Part shown: one piece after another, positions 60,749-64,000 of the stretch
Layout of the letters: the number at the start of each line of letters is the position of its first letter
Position numbering within the stretch: the first letter of the stretch is position 1
Source: a bacterium
Lineage (GTDB): Bacteria > Hinthialibacterota > Hinthialibacteria > Hinthialibacterales > Hinthialibacteraceae
Reading direction: 5' to 3'
NCBI GenBank assembly: GCA_963662285.2
Contig: CAXXMV010000006.1
Location: forward strand, 1,824,001 to 1,888,000
DNA: 64,000 bases
Notes under the pieces: model-generated
Told to the model about the DNA's origin: nothing
The model's input: only the letters and a program-made list of their open reading frames with translations
Database searches by the model: none
Translations under genes and position numbers: made by a program

Positions 60749-61612
60749 ATGACTGCTCAGATTTTAGATGGCAAAGCTCTCGCAAAAACTATCCGCGAAG
60801 AATTGAAAACCGATGTGGAGAAATTCGTTAGCGAAACCTCTAGCCAACCCGGACTAGCTGTGATTCTAGTTGGAGAAAATCCTGCATCTCAAGTCTATGT
60901 CCGCAACAAGGGCAAAGCATGCAAAGACGCAGGGATGAAATCGGTCGAACACAAACTGCCTGAAGATACTTCACAGGATAAAGTCATTGCGCTAATCGAT
61001 GAGCTGAACGCTGATCCTACTATCCACGGGATTCTAGCCCAATTGCCGCTTCCTGATCATATAGATGATCAACTGGTGCAGCAACGCATTGATCCGATGA
61101 AGGATGTTGATGGCTTCCACCCGGTCAATGTAGGTAAATTATGGAATGGTGAGGAAAGTTTGATTCCCTGCACTCCCTTAGGCGTTATCGAAATACTTAA
61201 ACGCGCCGGTATTACAATGAAAGGTAAACATGCGGTTATTGTCGGGCGCAGCAATATCGTTGGCAAACCAATGGCTTGTCTGCTGATGAGGGAACATGCC
61301 ACCATTACGGTCTGTCATTCACGCACCCAAGACCTGGCTGGCGTATGCCGAACCGCCGATATCCTGGTTGCGGCTACCGGGATGATGCGAATGATCAAAG
61401 GCGATTGGATAAAACCGGGCGCCGTAGTGATTGACGTCGGCGTCAGTTTCGAGGAAATAGATGGTAAATACAAGCAGGTTGGTGATGTTGACCGTGAAGC
61501 TGCAATGGAGACGGCAGGCTATCTCAGCCCATCCCCCGGTGGACCTGGTCCCATGACTATCGCCATGCTGTTATGCAACACCCTGAAAGCCGCCCGTATG
61601 CAAAACGCTTAG
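60749..61612 (+). CDS. folD: Bifunctional methylene-THF dehydrogenase/cyclohydrolase
   Basis: ILDGK, KDVDGFHP, PCTP, GRSNIVGKP, PGGPGPMT motifs. Confidence 0.97.
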   Translation: MTAQILDGKALAKTIREELKTDVEKFVSETSSQPGLAVILVGENPASQVYVRNKGKACKDAGMKSVEHKLPEDTSQDKVIALIDELNADPTIHGILAQLPLPDHIDDQLVQQRIDPMKDVDGFHPVNVGKLWNGEESLIPCTPLGVIEILKRAGITMKGKHAVIVGRSNIVGKPMACLLMREHATITVCHSRTQDLAGVCRTADILVAATGMMRMIKGDWIKPGAVVIDVGVSFEEIDGKYKQVGDVDREAAMETAGYLSPSPGGPGPMTIAMLLCNTLKAARMQNA

Positions 61613-61715
61613 AAATAGATCACTAAGTTCTCTCTCCTGTGGGGATAATCTTTACCTACAAATATCAATATGGGAGATTATTAGAAATCCAATTATCTGA
61701 ATATAGGATAATATT

Positions 61716-61753
61716 GGGCGCCAAGGGCAGTGAATTTTCTGCCCTTGGCGCCC
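61716..61753. repeat. REP-like perfect inverted repeat / terminator between convergent genes
   Basis: GGGCGCCAAGGGCAG-TGAATTTT-CTGCCCTTGGCGCCC. Confidence 0.7.
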
Positions 61754-61823
61754 TTATTGATCTATTCATAGCAATTTCTTTTGGTTAAGATCAGCCCTTC
61801 GGGTGAAAGTGAGAGCGAAATTC

Positions 61824-62567
61824 TCATATCAGTTTTTTAATCTCATCCCGGATGCTTGCTGCGGTTTGGTAGTCTTCCAGTTCAACCGCTTGCCGCATTT
61901 TTTCTCTGAGTTGACTGATCGGATTCACTCTCCAGTTTGAGCGGATTTCATCAGCGAAACTATTCAGAAAAACAATTTCGCTGCATTTATTGGTCAATTC
62001 CGGATGTTGCAACTCATTGAAAAAGATATCGATCCTTTCAATGGCGTCTTCGATATATTCAATTGCTTCATCGGGTTGGTTTTTCTCAAGCATTCTATTA
62101 GCAACCGCACGCGTATTCATCATAATCACATACGGCCTGTAGCGCTCAAGATAAAATCGATCTTCTTCAATTTCCGCATATTTATTGATTAAATCAAAAA
62201 CTTTCAAGTTATGGGCTGTATCCTTTTCCACTGCCTCGTATTTCTGTAAATGGTAAAGGCTTAAATAACGATAATAATATTGGAGCGATTCGTTTTGCAG
62301 CAAAGCGCAATCATCCGGGTCTAACGAGAATCCTGCATCATCCCCGAATTGCTTGATATGGTCTTCTAGTTGCGCTTGATAATATTCCAGAAACGATTCA
62401 TATCCATGAGGACGTTCTCCATCAGGGCGTCCGTAAAACTCCATTTGCAGCAATCCCAAATCTAAGCGCATCTGAATTTTTTTAGACTTATCACGTCCAT
62501 CAACAATTCGGACATTAACTTCTTCTGGAATGTATTCCCATTCTTTCAGTATTTTAGAGATATCCAT
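61824..62567 (-). CDS. UvrB/UvrC-motif-containing conserved protein
   Basis: IQMRLDLGLLQM..GRPDG; C-terminal AVELEDYQTAASIRDEI. Confidence 0.85.
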   Translation of the reverse strand: MDISKILKEWEYIPEEVNVRIVDGRDKSKKIQMRLDLGLLQMEFYGRPDGERPHGYESFLEYYQAQLEDHIKQFGDDAGFSLDPDDCALLQNESLQYYYRYLSLYHLQKYEAVEKDTAHNLKVFDLINKYAEIEEDRFYLERYRPYVIMMNTRAVANRMLEKNQPDEAIEYIEDAIERIDIFFNELQHPELTNKCSEIVFLNSFADEIRSNWRVNPISQLREKMRQAVELEDYQTAASIRDEIKKLI

Positions 62568-62615
62568 AGCGCCCCTCTTCTCTACTTAGTAAAATGACAA
62601 TATCTATGTTAGATT

Positions 62616-63533
62616 TTACAAAACATATGCAATAGCAATTCCAAGTTGACCAACTAGCATCATTAAATACATATGTTTCCATGAGACATGATTATCCTCA
62701 GTGGCAAGCTCTGATGGACGACGAACAATCAAGTAAGCCACATAGACGCCCCAAAATACCAGTATCGTCGATAATCCTAACAATATTAATGGATTACCGT
62801 TCAAATAACCAAGAAATGTTCCCACAAACATCAGAATGAATGGCAGTACAAAAAATGGTGAAATAATCTTTGCCGAACAATCGATGCCGAATTTAATCGG
62901 CAGCGTTATGCAGCCGCCAGCTCTATCTCCTTCAATATCAGCGAAATCTTTAGTGGTTGCTGCGCCGAATATATAAAGTCCGAAAATTCCGCCTAATAAC
63001 CAGGGTTCAACTTCCCACATACTGCGCACCGCTGTCCAGCCCGCCACCACTAAAAGACACCCTCTGGGTATGGCGATAGTCAAATTCGCCCAGAACCAGG
63101 ACCGCTTGGTTCGTAGAGGTGGTCCGGAATAAGCGTATGTTACAATCGCGGTAAACATTACGATCCAGAAAAACTGCCAGCTGACAAGAAATGCCAGGGT
63201 AAACGAAATGCAATAAAGTATAAAACAAAAAATCATCGCATTTTTAATGGTAATCCTTTTCGAAGGCAGCGGTCTGGTTGGCTTATTTATGCAATCAATC
63301 GCCAAATCAAAGTATTGATTAATGATATTTGAAGCGGCGTTCAGAATCGATGCTGAAAGAGCTCCAAATATTATCTGAGGTAATACTGAAATCAAAGATG
63401 TATCTTCTAATTTGCTCCATCCGGCGATTGCAAATGCAATAAATCCAAGAGATGGCGCTAGTAAAGTAAAAGGTCTACATAATTCCCAATAAATTGATGC
63501 CGTATTTTCCGTCAAATCCTGATTAGAACTCAT
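62616..63533 (-). CDS. UbiA-family prenyltransferase (DGGGP-synthase-like)
   Basis: NQYFDLAIDCINKPTRPLPS, YSGPPLRTK, KDFADIEGD motifs. Confidence 0.85.
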   Translation of the reverse strand: MSSNQDLTENTASIYWELCRPFTLLAPSLGFIAFAIAGWSKLEDTSLISVLPQIIFGALSASILNAASNIINQYFDLAIDCINKPTRPLPSKRITIKNAMIFCFILYCISFTLAFLVSWQFFWIVMFTAIVTYAYSGPPLRTKRSWFWANLTIAIPRGCLLVVAGWTAVRSMWEVEPWLLGGIFGLYIFGAATTKDFADIEGDRAGGCITLPIKFGIDCSAKIISPFFVLPFILMFVGTFLGYLNGNPLILLGLSTILVFWGVYVAYLIVRRPSELATEDNHVSWKHMYLMMLVGQLGIAIAYVL

Positions 63534-63753
63534 TTTTATTTCCTTTTACTTATTATTAATAAGATTAAAAATGATTAGAATTGCTTAAATATCGCTTCTC
63601 TATATAACTTGATAACTATGATTACCTTAACCGGTAAAAATATCAATATCTGTTTAACGAATGGTAGAGTTATGAATTACAAAAAAAAAACTCTTTATAG
63701 TCATTAATGCGGTTATTTAACCTCATATTTGGCAAAAAAACCACATGTTTTTC

Positions 63754-63783
63754 TTGACGTTTTATACCAATTGATCCTATTAT
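63754..63783 (+). promoter_or_regulatory. Putative sigma70 promoter
   Basis: TTGACG-18nt-TATTAT upstream of 63880. Confidence 0.35.
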
Positions 63784-63879
63784 TAGAATAATCATAATAT
63801 CATATATCCTCATCTGATGATAATATATGTATTAATAACATATTTACTTCTTCTTTTTTAGAAGAAGGGAGATTTTTAA

Positions 63880-64000
63880 GTGCGTTGTAGTAATGTATTG
63901 ATCTTTATTGCTTTAACCTTATTTGGACAAATATCTATCGCTGATGTCGATAATGTCGATATCGGCGGTGAGATCATGTTTGAATATTTTTGGGGTAATG
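63880..64000 (+). CDS. Secreted or outer-membrane protein, 3'-partial (absent from the ORF track)
   Basis: AGGGAG RBS and GTG start; MRCSNVLIFIALTLFGQISIA-DVDNVDIGGEIMFEYFWGN, open to the window end. Confidence 0.6.
   Translation, partial: MRCSNVLIFIALTLFGQISIADVDNVDIGGEIMFEYFWGN

Overview
A 64-kb AT-rich bacterial chromosomal window of about 52 protein-coding genes. I saw no rRNA, canonical tRNA, CRISPR array, transposase or prophage. Recognisable housekeeping genes are ilvD, lptF/lptG (lptG split by a +1 indel), a KpsF-like SIS isomerase, dtd, trpB2, mtnP, yicC, folD and a TIGR01212 radical SAM protein. Many genes encode secreted or Tat-exported carbohydrate-active and hydrolytic enzymes (GH95, sulfatase, Gfo/Idh/MocA, esterases), several GT-C-type membrane glycosyltransferases and two GspG-like pseudopilins. 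This gene repertoire resembles candidate phyla such as Hinthialibacterota/OLB16 or Sumerlaeota/BRC1 (inference only). Main non-obvious signals: (1) a XerC/XerD dif site at 22614-22641 with KOPS-like octamers pointing towards it; (2) a shared C-terminal tail (S)-x-[VC]-x-x-W-[ME]-L-[HY]-COOH on two unrelated secreted proteins, a candidate sorting or anchoring signal; (3) a ~210-nt structured intergenic element directly after the trpB2 terminator, a candidate ncRNA or intron-like remnant; (4) REP/REPIN/BIME-like repeat mosaics; (5) two single-base frameshifts. All product calls are from motif recognition only; no searches were run.
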